In this document: positions 25,090-39,366 of the stretch, piece by piece
Layout of the letters: each line of letters starts with the position of its first letter
How positions within the stretch are numbered: position 1 is the stretch's first letter
Assembly (NCBI GenBank): GCA_964016885.1
Contig: OZ024745.1
Location: 8,742,001-8,806,000, forward strand
Source of the DNA: Eledone cirrhosa
Taxonomy: Eukaryota
Length of the DNA stretch: 64,000 nt
Direction: 5' to 3'
Position numbers and translations under genes: made by a program
The notes under the pieces: generated by a model
Seen by the model: only the letters and a program-made list of their open reading frames with translations
What the model was told of the DNA's origin: nothing
Database searches by the model: none

Positions 25090-25697
25090 TTTGAATCCCT
25101 AAAACTCGAGAAATACCCCACCGACTTTTTTCAAACTTTACATGTGTATTACTTATGTTTCAGGGGGTGTTATGTTTCAGGGGGCATTAGGTGAAAAACT
25201 GCGTTTTTTCAGCTTTTTAGGTTTTTTTTTTAGGCGTTACGTCAGACCGATTTCCTTGAAATTTTAACCATGTATTAATCAGTCTCTTCCTCATACAGTG
25301 AGCAAAGAAAATCCAACCTTTTTATGGCCTAGGGCCTGCATTAGGTGAAAAACTTCATTTTTTCAGCTTTTTAGGTCTTTTTTGAGGCGTTACGTCTAGC
25401 CGATTTTCCCGAAATTTCAAGGCATAAAAAAATTCATTTTCTTGATCCCCTAGGGCCCGCATTAGGTGAAAACCTGCATTTTCCTGCTTCATCGAGGAAA
25501 ATCTTAAAGATTATCCAGCCATCAGAGTAATCGGTTTATTTTCTTTACATATTGTCCAGTCATGCAGTTTTTCCACTATTAGGTCTGTTGGGGGCCCGCG
25601 TTCAAAAATACTTTATCCCGTGCAACGCCGGGTACCAGTGCTAGTATATAATACAATAAATATGGTTTTATAAATATAGTTTCCATTTATTTAATAT

Positions 25698-25703
<6 letters not shown>
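24364..25703. mobile_element. Inverted pair of PLE termini with hammerheads, right copy interrupted by a Helitron
   Basis: Left copy (minus, TCATCAG at 24541-24547). Right copy (plus) has CTGATGA at 24643-24649 and GAAA at 24679-24682, then resumes at 25645 with TATATAATACAATAAATATGGTTTTATAAATATAGTTTCCATTT. Confidence 0.8.
24685..25644 (+). mobile_element. 960-bp non-autonomous Helitron
   Basis: A|TCTATATATATAAAAC...CCCGTGCAACGCCGGG hairpin...CTAG|T, with no TSD. Flanks rejoin into a continuous PLE terminus. Internal ~110-bp duplication with (TG)n and repeated GCATTAGGTGAAAA units. Confidence 0.88.
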
Positions 25704-26406
<703 letters not shown>

Positions 26407-26416
26407 TGATGAGCAG

Positions 26417-26446
<30 letters not shown>

Positions 26447-26448
<2 letters not shown>

Positions 26449-26877
26449 ACTTTAAGAATAACCAAAGAGTGCTTAGAAATACATTGTTTTATTTGCTAAC
26501 AGTGTTTCATACATACCCTAGGGCAGGAATCATCGGAACCTATAAACAAAAATATATCAAAGGTTGCAGGCCCCATCGAGCCTACTCACCAGAACAAGGA
26601 TGAAGAACAAATAGGGAGGTCCCAGGCCAGCGCTGTATAGAACAACACATGTATCATGTATTGTGTGTTGTTCTATACAGCGCTGGCCTGGGACCCCCCC
26701 CCCCCCCTATTTGTTCTTCATCCTTGTTATGGTGAGTAGGCTTGATGGAGCCTGCAATCTTTGGTATATTTTTGTTTATAGGCTCCGATGATTCCTACCC
26801 TAGGGTATGGATGAAACACTGTTAGCAAATAAAACAATGTATTTCTAAGCACTCTTTGGTTATTTCTAAACTTATAA
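26447..26877. mobile_element. ~200-bp-arm fold-back with a hammerhead on each arm (copies at ~28121-28546 and ~29816-30241)
   Basis: Arms centred on ACACATGTATCATGTATTGTGTGT. Plus-strand motif 26782-26826: GCT CCGATGA TTCC.TACCC-TA-GGGTA.TGGAT GAAA CACTG TT^ AGC AAATAAA. Confidence 0.8.
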
Positions 26878-26982
26878 CGGCCCTGTAGTATATTAGTTAT
26901 CCTACATTGAGCTAAAACCACACTGTCATACCAAGGACAATATATGTGTGTTTGTGCACATTAATATACTTGTCAACGAAAC

Positions 26983-27031
<49 letters not shown>

Positions 27032-27083
27032 ATTGTTATATTTGGGGAGGGTCATATTGTTATACTATTGCCAGAAATAATAA

Positions 27084-27255
27084 TTGTTTCTACTTTTGAC
27101 ACAAGGCCAGCAATTACCCAGTACATTACTGGTACTTTATTTTATCGACCCGGTAAGGATGAAAGGAAAAGTTAACATCGACGGGATTTGAACTCAGACC
27201 GTAAAGGGACGTAACTATGCTAGAAAGCATGGCGTCCGACACTCTACCGATACTC
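27084..27255 (-). mobile_element. Family A SINE (also in the two other triplication units)
   Basis: CACAAGGCCAGCAAT..ACTGGTACTTTATTTTATCGACCC..GGATGAAAGG..GATTTGAACTCAG..CTCTACCGA. Confidence 0.7.
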
Positions 27256-27611
27256 TTGCCAGAAATAATAAGACACATTCATTGTTTGGTTGGGGTTGGT
27301 TTTCACTTCTATATATTTTATATCTCCATAGTTAATTTATTTGGCAATCAAAGTTTATCATTGATTGATCAACGGTTAAAAATACAGATATAAATATATA
27401 TATATAGTCTATCAAAGTTCTTTCGTCACACATCTGTGACATCATCAGTGGTACTATTATGTTTCCTCCCGTTGTATTGTAAAGCCTACGCCACAGTGAG
27501 TGTGTCTTATTATTATTTCTGGCAATATTATAACAATATGACCCTCCCCAAGTATAACAATATTTGTTTCGACACATGATTTCATATTAAAAACCTTGCA
27601 GAAAAAAAAAA

Positions 27612-27726
<115 letters not shown>

Positions 27727-27848
27727 GGTTTGTATATATGTATATATATATCGGGGAACGGATGAAGAACCCAAAAGCACACCCTTCGTCCGTTCCCATG
27801 TCGATTCAACTTGGATTGCCTCGGCAACATAACCTTATTATGTAACAA

Positions 27849-27922
27849 GCTGTCTGATGATGTCACGACACTCGCACACAGAACAGTGTGGCCAGTGTCG
27901 ACATTGAAATATATATCACAGC
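27849..27922 (+). ncRNA. Type I hammerhead ribozyme (identical copies at 29546-29619 and 31239-31312)
   Basis: GCTGT CTGATGA TGTC.GACACT...AGTGTC.GACA TT GAAA TATATA TC^ ACAGC, then ATTAAA. Confidence 0.8.
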
Positions 27923-27968
27923 ATTATTATTAAAGGACTTGAACATCTGAAACTACTTCGCTTTTACT

Positions 27969-28070
<102 letters not shown>

Positions 28071-28080
28071 TGATGAGCAG

Positions 28081-28123
<43 letters not shown>

Positions 28124-28648
28124 CTTTAAGAATAACCAAAGAGTGCTTAGAAATACATTGTTTTATTTGCTAACAGTGTTTCATACATACCCTAGGGCAG
28201 GAATCATCGGAACCTATAAACAAAAATATATCAAAGGTTGCAGGCCCCATCGAGCCTACTCACCAGAACAAGGATGAAGAACAAATAGGGAGGTCCCAGG
28301 CCAGCGCTGTATAGAACAACACATGTATCATGTATTGTGTGTTGTTCTATACAGCGCTGGCCTGGGACCCCCCCCCTATTTGTTCTTCATCCTTGTTATG
28401 GTGAGTAGGCTTGATGGAGCCTGCAATCTTTGGTATATTTTTGTTTATAGGCTCCGATGATTCCTACCCTAGGGTATGGATGAAACACTGTTAGCAAATA
28501 AAACAATGTATTTCTAAGCACTCTTTGGTTATTTCTAAACTTATAACGGCCCTGTAGTATACTAGTTATCCTACATTGAGCTAAAACCACACTGTCATAC
28601 CAAGGACAATATATGTGTGTTTGTGCACATTAATATACTTGTCAACGA

Positions 28649-28738
<90 letters not shown>

Positions 28739-29318
28739 TGTTATATTTGGGGAGGGTCATATTGTTATACTATTGCCAGAAATAATAATTGTTTCTACTT
28801 TTGACACAAGGCCAGCAATTACCCAGTACATTACTGGTACTTTATTTTATCGACCCGGTAAGGATGAAAGGAAAAGTTAACATCGACGGGATTTGAACTC
28901 AGACCGTAAAGGGACGTAACTATGCTAGAAAGCATGGCGTCCGACACTCTACCGATACTCTTGCCAGAAATAATAAGACACATTCATTGTTTGGTTGGGG
29001 TTGGTTTTCACTTCTATATATTTTATATCTCCATAGTTAATTTATTTGGCAATCAAAGTTTATCATTGATTGATCAACGGTTAAAAATACAGATATAAAT
29101 ATATATATATAGTCTATCAAAGTTCTTTCGTCACACATCTGTGACATCATCAGTGGTACTATTATGTTTCCTCCCGTTGTATTGTAAAGCCTACGCCACA
29201 GTGAGTGTGTCTTATTATTATTTCTGGCAATATTATAACAATATGACCCTCCCCAAGTATAACAATATTTGTTTCGACACATGATTTCATATTAAAAACC
29301 TTGCAGAAAAAAAAAAAA

Positions 29319-29423
<105 letters not shown>

Positions 29424-29665
29424 GGTTTGTATATATGTATATATATATCGGGGAACGGATGAAGAACCCAAAAGCACACCCTTCGTCCGTTCCCATGTCG
29501 ATTCAACTTGGATTGCCTCGGAAACATAACCTTATTATGTAACAAGCTGTCTGATGATGTCACGACACTCGCACACAGAACAGTGTGGCCAGTGTCGACA
29601 TTGAAATATATATCACAGCATTATTATTAAAGGACTTGAACATCTGAAACTACTTCGCTTTTACT

Positions 29666-29765
<100 letters not shown>

Positions 29766-29775
29766 TGATGAGCAG

Positions 29776-29818
<43 letters not shown>

Positions 29819-30343
29819 CTTTAAGAATAACCAAAGAGTGCTTAGAAATACATTGTTTTATTTGCTAACAGTGTTTCATACATACCCTAGGGCAGGAATC
29901 ATCGGAACCTATAAACAAAAATATATCAAAGGTTGCAGGCCCCATCGAGCCTACTCACCAGAACAAGGATGAAGAACAAATAGGGAGGTCCCAGGCCAGC
30001 GCTGTATAGAACAACACATGTATCATGTATTGTGTGTTGTTCTATACAGCGCTGGCCTGGGACCCCCCCCCTATTTGTTCTTCATCCTTGTTATGGTGAG
30101 TAGGCTTGATGGAGCCTGCAATCTTTGGTATATTTTTGTTTATAGGCTCCGATGATTCCTACCCTAGGGTATGGATGAAACACTGTTAGCAAATAAAACA
30201 ATGTATTTCTAAGCACTCTTTGGTTATTTCTAAACTTATAACGGCCCTGTAGTATACTAGTTATCCTACATTGAGCTAAAACCACACTGTCATACCAAGG
30301 ACAATATATGTGTGTTTGTGCACATTAATATACTTGTCAACGA

Positions 30344-30433
<90 letters not shown>

Positions 30434-31013
30434 TGTTATATTTGGGGAGGGTCATATTGTTATACTATTGCCAGAAATAATAATTGTTTCTACTTTTGAC
30501 ACAAGGCCAGCAATTACCCAGTACATTACTGGTACTTTATTTTATCGACCCGGTAAGGATGAAAGGAAAAGTTAACATCGACGGGATTTGAACTCAGACC
30601 GTAAAGGGACGTAACTATGCTAGAAAGCATGGCGTCCGACACTCTACCGATACTCTTGCCAGAAATAATAAGACACATTCATTGTTTGGTTGGGGTTGGT
30701 TTTCACTTCTATATATTTTATATCTCCATAGTTAATTTATTTGGCAATCAAAGTTTATCATTGATTGATCAACGGTTAAAAATACAGATATAAATATATA
30801 TATATAGTCTATCAAAGTTCTTTCGTCACACATCTGTGACATCATCAGTGGTACTATTATGTTTCCTCCCGTTGTATTGTAAAGCCTACGCCACAGTGAG
30901 TGTGTCTTATTATTATTTCTGGCAATATTATAACAATATGACCCTCCCCAAGTATAACAATATTTGTTTCGACACATGATTTCATATTAAAAACCTTGCA
31001 GAAAAAAAAAAAA

Positions 31014-31116
<103 letters not shown>

Positions 31117-31358
31117 GGTTTGTATATATGTATATATATATCGGGGAACGGATGAAGAACCCAAAAGCACACCCTTCGTCCGTTCCCATGTCGATTCAAC
31201 TTGGATTGCCTCGGAAACATAACCTTATTATGTAACAAGCTGTCTGATGATGTCACGACACTCGCACACAGAACAGTGTGGCCAGTGTCGACATTGAAAT
31301 ATATATCACAGCATTATTATTAAAGGACTTGAACATCTGAAACTACTTCGCTTTTACT

Positions 31359-31445
<87 letters not shown>

Positions 31446-31501
31446 TGCGTATTTACTTTTATGTATCAACTGTGCTAGAGCGAGAAATAAAATTCTCATT
31501 T

Positions 31502-31556
<55 letters not shown>

Positions 31557-31719
31557 CAGAAAAAAAACGAGAAAAACAAACAGAGAAAAACAAAAACAAA
31601 AAAAAAACGTAAAGAAAATAAGAATGAAGAGAGAAACAAGCGGACGGACAGAGAAGAGGGGGGAAAAACTAAGTCAGACATTCGAACACTACATTACAAT
31701 GAAATTTATGCTTATTCAT

Positions 31720-34700
31720 TTTTGGGGTCTTTTCTGCCTGTGTGTTTGTTTGTTTATTTGTGTTCGTCTACAGCGCGGTGATAATGCCACACAAGTGCCA
31801 AGTGGAGAGGCGCAAACACCGGCGACGGTGAATCCACAGATGGCTATGTAACCATACATTCGCCAATCCTCGATAAGAGTGTTTAAATATCGAACCTAAA
31901 CAGTTCGAATAACGGTGAAATGGAGACTAGAACGTCATGTGACAGACTCTCACCCAACAGGTGCTCCCTGGCTCAGCAGCAGGAACCTGACTGTCAACCA
32001 AATACTGCTGATGTTGGAGGAAGAAGAAGAAGGAAAGGGGCCAGAACCAACTGGACGAAAGAACTGAATAGAACTGTTATGCAATGTTACCTGAAAAGTA
32101 ACCCCAAGGAGAGGGGCTATAGGAGACGGATGCATAACATCTGGAACGAGATTGGTCTATTTAAATTAGATGAACAAAAATTGGCCGGGCAGGCTCGGGT
32201 AATAAGAACTAATGGGTGGATAAGCGAGCTGGAACTGGAGGAACTGAGCAGAGAGAATAGCTTGGAGATGGAGGGTGTAATATGCCAGACAAACGAGCCA
32301 GTGGGAAATGAAGGTGAAGAGGTCGAGAGAACGGAGGAACTACCCGAAGCAGACAATGATCTGAATACTGAGATAAATAATACCTGGAACAGAGATACGG
32401 CCACTGAGGAGATGAATGCTGACGGGCTAGGACAAGATTCGGTTGACATCCTAAATTTAGTGGTAGATGAATTGAACAATGATAGTGGGAGACCTATGAA
32501 CCTAAGATTTGTAGACAGGAAAAAGTTAAAAGAAACAACAGCTAAGGTAAACAAAGTCATCCCATACCTTGAGGCGAGGAGCCTTCACCAGTGCAACAAT
32601 ATCCTCAAAGCAACAGCAAATACGGTGAGGAAACTACTTGGTATAAAAGCGAGAGGAAACAACAGACAAGAAAGAGCAGAGCCTTGGTGGAAGAAACGAC
32701 TGAGTGGTCAAATCAAGGAAATGAGAAATGACATAGGAAAGCTTGAGTCACTACTGAATGGGACACTAAAAAACAGGCACTAAAAATAGACTGGAAATAA
32801 AGTACAAAACTAGGAGGAAAAAGCTAAATATTATCATAGAGGAACTGAAGCAACGCATTGTAGCAAAGAGTGCAAAAATCAGGCGATACGAGAACAGAGT
32901 CAGTCAGTATAAACAGAACCGTATGTTCGACAACAACCAGAAGATGCTGTTTGGACAGCTTGAGGGGAAAGAAAGAGGCAACGACTTGATCCCTGGGGCG
33001 GAACAAACTAAAACATTCTGGAGAGGAATATGGGAGCAGGATGTTAGACATAATGACCAGGCAGGGTGGATTGAGACAGTACAGAGGGAGATCGGTGAGC
33101 AGGCACACCAACAAACTGATTTGAGTATCACAGTTGAAACTCTTAAGGGACAGGCCCCAAAACTAACCAACTGGAAATCACCAGGCCCAGATGGTGTGCA
33201 GGGGTATTGGATTAAAAATTTAACATCCCTCCACCCGAAGCTGACGGCCATGTTCAATGACTGCTTGGTGTCGGGTGAGGTGCCAGAGTCGTTGACAAAA
33301 GGTACCACAGTTCTGATAATGAAAGACCGAATCAAGGGTAATGATGTTACCAACTATAGACCTATCACATGTCTGTCCGTAATCTGGAAACTGTTGACGA
33401 GCATTGTGTCTGAGGAAATCTACCATCACCTCCACACAAACAACTTGTTACCGGACGAACAGAAAGGATGCCGAAAGAAGTCACGTGGTACATATGACCA
33501 GTTACTTATTGATAAGATGGTAATGGGGAATTGCAGGAGGAGACACACTGATCTTGCCATGGGATGGATAGACTACAGAAAGGCATTTGACATGGTGCCT
33601 CATTCTTGGATCACCAAAAGCCTGGAGATCTTCAAGGTGGCAGATAACATCAGACAGTTGCTGGGCAGGAGTATGGGTCCTGGGAGACAGAGTTGACATC
33701 AACTGGAGAATCCTTGGGAAGCGTGAAGATCAAGAGATGTATCTTCCAGGGAGATAGCCTGTCCCCTCTGTTGTTTGTCCTTGCCCTGATGCCCTTGACC
33801 ATTATGCTGCGAAAAGTGAGAGCAGGATACAAGTTGGGAAAGGGAGAGCTTACCATCAATCCCCTCCTCTTCATGGACGATCTTAAGCTCTTCGGGGAGA
33901 GTGAGAAGGAGTTGGATGTGCTTGTTGACACTGTCCGTATTTTCAGCAGTGATATATGTATGCAGTTTGGTATTAGTAAATGTGGAGTCATTGTGATGAG
34001 GAGGGGTAGGTTGAGCAGAAGTAACGGAATCCAGATACCAACAGGTGAGAGGATAAAGGAAATTGACTCTGAGGAAGGATACAAGTATTTGGGCGTTCTG
34101 GAGGCTGATGGCATAAAGAACAAAAAAATGAAGGAATTGTTAAGAACTGAATACATTCGGAGAATAAGGAGCGTATTGAAGTCACATCTGAACAGCAGAA
34201 ATGCCATAAGCGCAGTAAATTCCCGAGCTGTGTCTATTATTAGGTACAGTGCGGGAATTCTGAGATGGAATGTTGCTGAACAAAAAGAAATGGATAGGAA
34301 GACTAGGAAGCTATTGACTATCTACAACATGTTCCACAAGAGGAGTGATGTCGATAGACTCTACCTAAGGAGATCTGAGGGTGGAAGAGGTCTTATCAGC
34401 ATAGAGGACTGTGTTCAGATGGAGAAAAACAACCTATACAAATACGTGACTGATAGTAAGGAGCCAATGCTCAGAACTGTACTGAAGGAGGGGACAGTAG
34501 GCCAGGGGATGTCCAAGGAGGAAATAACATCAAGGAGAAAGAGCAGCCTTCAGGGAAAATCCCTTCATAGTACCTTCTTTGAGAAAACTGAATTTAGAGA
34601 TCCACAGACATGGAACTGGTTGAGAAGAGGAGACCTCAAAAAGGCTACAGAAGGAATGCTAATGGCTGCGCAGGAGCAGGCCCGCAAAACGAAGTGGTTG

Positions 34701-35417
34701 AAGCACCATATTTACAAGGAGGAGGCTAGCCCACTGTGCAGGATCTGTGGAGAGAGAGAGAGCAGACTGTGGCTCACATTGTATCCGAGTGTAAACACCT
34801 AGCCCAGACCCACTATAAGGGCTGGAGACATGATGTGATGGGTAGGGTGATCCATTGGCACCTGTGTAAAGTAAACAATTTACCACATTCTGAGAAATGG
34901 TATGAGCATAGGCCAGAGGCGGTGATGGAGAACGATCAGGTGAAGGTGCTGTGGGATTTTAGGATACAGACGGACAAGAAACTGGAACACAATAGACCTG
35001 ACCTGGTGGTTGTGGACAAAGAAAAAAGATCGTATCTGATTGTGGATGTGGCCTGCCCATTCGACACGAGAGTACAAGAGAAGGAGAGGGAGAAAATTAA
35101 CCGATACCAGGACCTAAAGTGGGAGGTGAAAAAGATTTGGAATTGCCATGAAGTCAAAGTGATCCCGATTGTCATAGGCGCACTGGGGACTATCTCCAAA
35201 AGTTTCCAGGGATGGTTAAAGAAAATCGGCCCCTTCACGCTTTTTGGAACGCTTCAAAAGGCATGCTTGCTGGGAACAGCAAGAACCCTCCGATACGTCC
35301 TGAATATCTGAGGCTGCAGGTAGTGGCTTGATATTCATTCCAACGGACTTTCCAGTTAACTAACATCAATGACTGAGACTCAAGGAATAATAATAATAAT
35401 AATAATAACAATAATAC
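31720..35417 (+). mobile_element. Near full-length R4/Dong-clade non-LTR retrotransposon
   Basis: Single long ORF broken by frameshifts, RT + CCHC + RLE domains, short 3'UTR ending in (TAA)n, and an upstream (TAA)n at 31508-31555. The 5' boundary is uncertain. Confidence 0.88.
31920..35311 (+). pseudogene. RT / CCHC zinc knuckle / restriction-like endonuclease polyprotein with 3 frameshifts (~32780, ~33690, ~34760)
   Basis: N-terminal WTKELN..VMQCY..S.P..RGYR.RM..IW (R4/Dong-like). RT motifs KSPGPDG, NYRPITCL, EQKG, WIDYRKAFDMVPH, QGDSLSPLLF, FMDDLKL. CRIC..H...EC knuckle. RPDLVVVD...LIVDVACP.D...EK..RY.DL endonuclease. Confidence 0.92.
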
Positions 35418-35537
35418 TATTTATAGTTATGTATATACTATAAACAGGAAAGGTCAGTAATTTCCTACTACCTTATTATCAGTAAGAGAAATAGCTCAAT
35501 GTAAGAATATTGAGGTTAATTACATGTACATTGATAA

Positions 35538-35584
35538 TGCCCCGATGACTCCAAACGAGAGTTTGGAAGAAACTATTGTCAGCT
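35538..35584 (+). ncRNA. Degenerate hammerhead (relative of 4748-4796)
   Basis: CCGATGA CTCCAAAC-GAGA-GTTTGGAA GAAA CTATTG TC^ AGC, then ATTAAA. Stems I and III are imperfect. Confidence 0.55.
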
Positions 35585-35883
35585 ATTAAATGATTTGAAC
35601 ACAACTTTGATAATTGTCTAATTTATTTATATATATGGAAGGTAATATCCGTAGTGGTAGAGCACTCAGTCCATGGGACTAGTTAGGTAGAAGTGGTTAC
35701 ACAACACTTAGTTCACCATACCGAGAACAATTGTTTCACCTTAGCGGATCCTCAGCTCGTAATGGACATTTTAAACTAGTCGAGGTCGTGACCACTTTTA
35801 TGGCTCGATAAGGTCAGTCCATCGTCGCGGTATATTCCCGTGTGGAAGTCCGGGAATCTAACACGTAATATGTCTAAAATAAA

Positions 35884-36875
35884 TAGATTCCCGGACTTCC
35901 ACACGGGAATATACTGCGACGATGGACTGACCTTATCGAGCCATAAAAGTGGTCACGACCTCGACTAGTTTAAAATAGACTTAGCTTCTACCTTCAATGA
36001 GTTAGGACTTAGGATAACAGTAGCTACCAACCTCTCAAGCGTAGATTTCTTAGACATCAATTTAGACCTTCGCACACACACCTACAGACCCTTCCATAAG
36101 CTAAACGAAAAACTCAATTACATTCACAAGGACTCATGCCCCCCTCCCACTGTTTTTAGAAACTTCGTAAATAATATCAGTACTAGAATCTCAAACCTCT
36201 CCTCTAATAAGGCTATCTTTGACAGGGCGGCACCCAACTATAACACGGCGTTAGCTAACAGCGGCGTCTAGCAACCTATCACTTACTCTCCCACTATCAA
36301 CAACAACAATAAGAAAAGAAAGCGTAACAATAGACAAACTATCTGGTTCTCTCCTCCCTTCTCACTCAACGTTAAAACCAATGTAGGCAAAACATTTCTA
36401 GCCCTCTTAGATAGACACTTTCCCATAGGTCATAAATACCGCTCCATCTTTAACCGACACAAAGTAAAACTAGGATACTCCTGCGTTAAGAACATGAAGG
36501 CCCACATCACCAGCAGCCCTACACACCCACTGTAATTTATGAAGCTATGGTCACTTCCAACCGACCAAATCAACCACAGGAGGTCAAATCCTAAGTGGGT
36601 ATGGTGGAGGGCCGATTTAAGGAACGTTTCCCGAACCACCAGTCGACCTTTAGGTACCCGGACAGACGTTCATCCACGAAACTCGCGAAACACTCCATTC
36701 AATGGAAAGCCATCACTAAGTCCAAGCCATACGCAAGGGGAAATCCGTCGTGTGGACTATGTATTGATGAACGAATAAATATTCTAAAGAGATTATGCAA
36801 TAGTGATTGCCTAAACACGAGTAATTAATTCTTCACACGTTGTCCACACTTCTCGAAACACCTCTTGCATAACTA
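35884..36875 (+). pseudogene. PLE RT (Y[R/C]DDGL) + thumb + GIY-YIG, with stops and deletions
   Basis: GIYCDDGL...GLRITVATNLSSVDFLDINLDL...YRPFHK...IWFSPPFSLNVKTNVGKTFL.LLDRHFP..H.Y.SIFNRHKVKLGYSC...VIYEA...*VGM.EG.FKERF.NH...CGLCIDE. Confidence 0.85.
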
Positions 36876-37061
36876 AAAAGCTCCGGATTGAATTACAACA
36901 ACATCATAATTTTCTTATCAACTAGAAACTTTTCGGACTTTCGCAGTTATCTCCCTTACACCTCTCGCACGCATTTTAGTATTCCCTGTGTGAAGTGACC
37001 GGTTTCTGTGCATGCGCGTTCGTACGGTTGTCCTTCCTGTTCCGCATAACCATATCCATTA

Positions 37062-37099
37062 CGAGCTGAGGATTCGCTAAGGTGAAACAATTGTTCTCG
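37062..37099 (+). ncRNA. Minimal type I hammerhead (inverted copy at 35722-35759, minus)
   Basis: CGAG CTGAGGA TTC-GCTAA-GGT GAAA CAATTG TT^ CTCG. Confidence 0.7.
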
Positions 37100-37146
37100 G
37101 TATGGTGAACTAACTGTTGTGTAACCACATATATATATATAGTTTC

Positions 37147-37263
<117 letters not shown>

Positions 37264-37635
37264 CGAAACTAACACTGCAAAGCATTCTATCGGACGTTCA
37301 AACGACTCTGCCAATTCGTCACTTAATGAGATTCTTTACCCATTGAAATAGAAACAAAAAGTTTCCTTAAAATAGATATAAGCAACAACATGGTTTATCT
37401 TTGACGTCTTCGGGAAAAAGTATGTCATTGATTCCTACTTTCCATAAGCCCAAATAGACGAGGGCTGTGACTCATCATGGAGAAACCAATCGAGACAGGT
37501 TTAATCGACCTAGCATTTATCCCTACAAATATTTTCTTACGACTCAAACAGGGTACATCGATATGGGTGTTGTTGTTTAGTACCAAGTCAGCCTTGACCC
37601 AGCAGACCTATGATCAATTGTCTTCCAGCCATGCC

Positions 37636-37648
37636 CATCCGGTTACTT

Positions 37649-37692
<44 letters not shown>

Positions 37693-37701
37693 CGGTTACT
37701 T

Positions 37702-37737
<36 letters not shown>

Positions 37738-37746
37738 CGGTTACTT

Positions 37747-37840
<94 letters not shown>
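37636..37840. repeat. Compound repeat [CATCCGGTTACTTTG(TA)n] x3, then (TG)n
   Basis: 15-mer at 37636, 37689 and 37734, separated by TA runs. Confidence 0.9.
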
Positions 37841-37841
<1 letters not shown>

Positions 37842-38920
37842 AGAGAGAGTTTGCGGTGCTGACAGTTGGCTGTGTTTTTAGTTAGAGATAGATGTAAATA
37901 TCTCCCCCCTGGATGAACGTTTCTGAATAACATAACTTTACAAATGTAGATTTTACTTCTGCAATGTTCAGAAAATCACGCAAACTCACCAGATATTTAC
38001 GTAATCGGGCTATTACACGTCTTCAGCAAGGTTGCCCAAATCATGCGATAGTTCCGTGCTGTGTGAGTTAGCATTCACTACTGGATAAGCTATTTAGCAG
38101 TTCATGGCAGTCATACCATTCCGCCTTTAATGAAAAGAGGAAGAAATTCTCGCACACCATAACACATGATTTTGGTTGTTGAATTCAAACAAAAGAATTC
38201 GCGCCAAAAACGTAGAACTCAACCGGCTTCTAGTATATGTGCATACATAGATAACGAGGTTCATGCATACATACACATATACAAGCAAATAAAATCTGAT
38301 TCGTGATGCAAAGTAAAATATTCGAAACTCAAATTTAATTATAGATGTGTGTGTGCGCGCGTATGTGTGTGTGTGTGTGTGTGTGTACATAGTCCCCAAT
38401 ATGTTGTTTTATAACGGTAGGCTTTGATTTGAGGGAGATTTATCTGATATTTCTTGCATGAGAACGTTTATTGGATTTAGCAGAAATACTAGACATATCT
38501 CCCTCAATTCTTATAAAAGACATTTGATAATGTGATTCTAGATGTATTATGTCAAGGAGAAAGATGGAATAAGATGACTATGACAGGATTATCGTTAATT
38601 ACAGGTATTAATGATTATGGCTGACATGGGGTTAAACAACAACACGGCGATATCAACTTTGTATCTAGTTTATAGAAATCAGTATTGATAAAAATGTTTA
38701 TCTGTAGAAAACTAGTGGAGTGACGACGAGGAAAGAATCTAAAATGTTGAGTCACCACCCTCACCTCACAAATTGAACTTGCTACTTGGCTGCTCTATTC
38801 CAAACATTCTGGCCAGATTTTCAGTTTCGAGATCCGCCCTTCCATCAAGTCTCGGGGTCTTGATACATCGTCTTTCTCTAAATTCATTTTTTCTTTTTTA
38901 GATAACTATTAATGGCGGTA

Positions 38921-39161
38921 CCCCAGCCTAGCCCCAGCCTGGCCTTGCCTGGCCTCAGCCTGGCCTCAGCCTGGCCCCACCCTGGCCCCAGCCTCGCCTC
39001 AGCCTGGCCCTAGCCTCGCCTCAGCCTCGCCCCAGCCTCGCTCCAGCCTCGCCCCAGCCTCGCCCCAGCCTGGCTTCAGCCTGGCCTCAGCCTGTCCCCA
39101 GCCTGGCCTCAGCCTGTCCCCAGCCTGGCCCCAGCCTGTCCCCAGCCTGGCCCCAGCCTGT
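38921..39161. repeat. 10-bp GC-rich minisatellite (CCCCAGCCTG-like, ~24 units)
   Basis: Directly visible CAGCCT(GG/CG/GT)CC(C/T) units. Confidence 0.9.
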
Positions 39162-39366
39162 CGGTTGGAACACGTAATAGAGTAATTAGAGATGACAGCT
39201 CCGATACTGTGGGTATGTGGTTAGAATATCTCAGGAAAGAATCGGTGGGCAGTTTTTACGGATAAAATCAACCGGCAGGAGACTCATAGATCCATGAGTT
39301 TGGCTGGTCTCACTTGAGGATCTAGCTAGATTAGTTGGAGATGGTTTCTTGTGACAGGACCTACTA

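Larger units (their letters stand above)
35635..37128 (+). mobile_element. 5'-truncated, decayed Penelope-like element with inverted 3' end and an inverted RT segment
   Basis: 35692-35768 is the inverse of 37052-37128 (hammerhead on each). The hairpin 35769-35976 duplicates the RT start. (TA) flanks. Confidence 0.85.
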
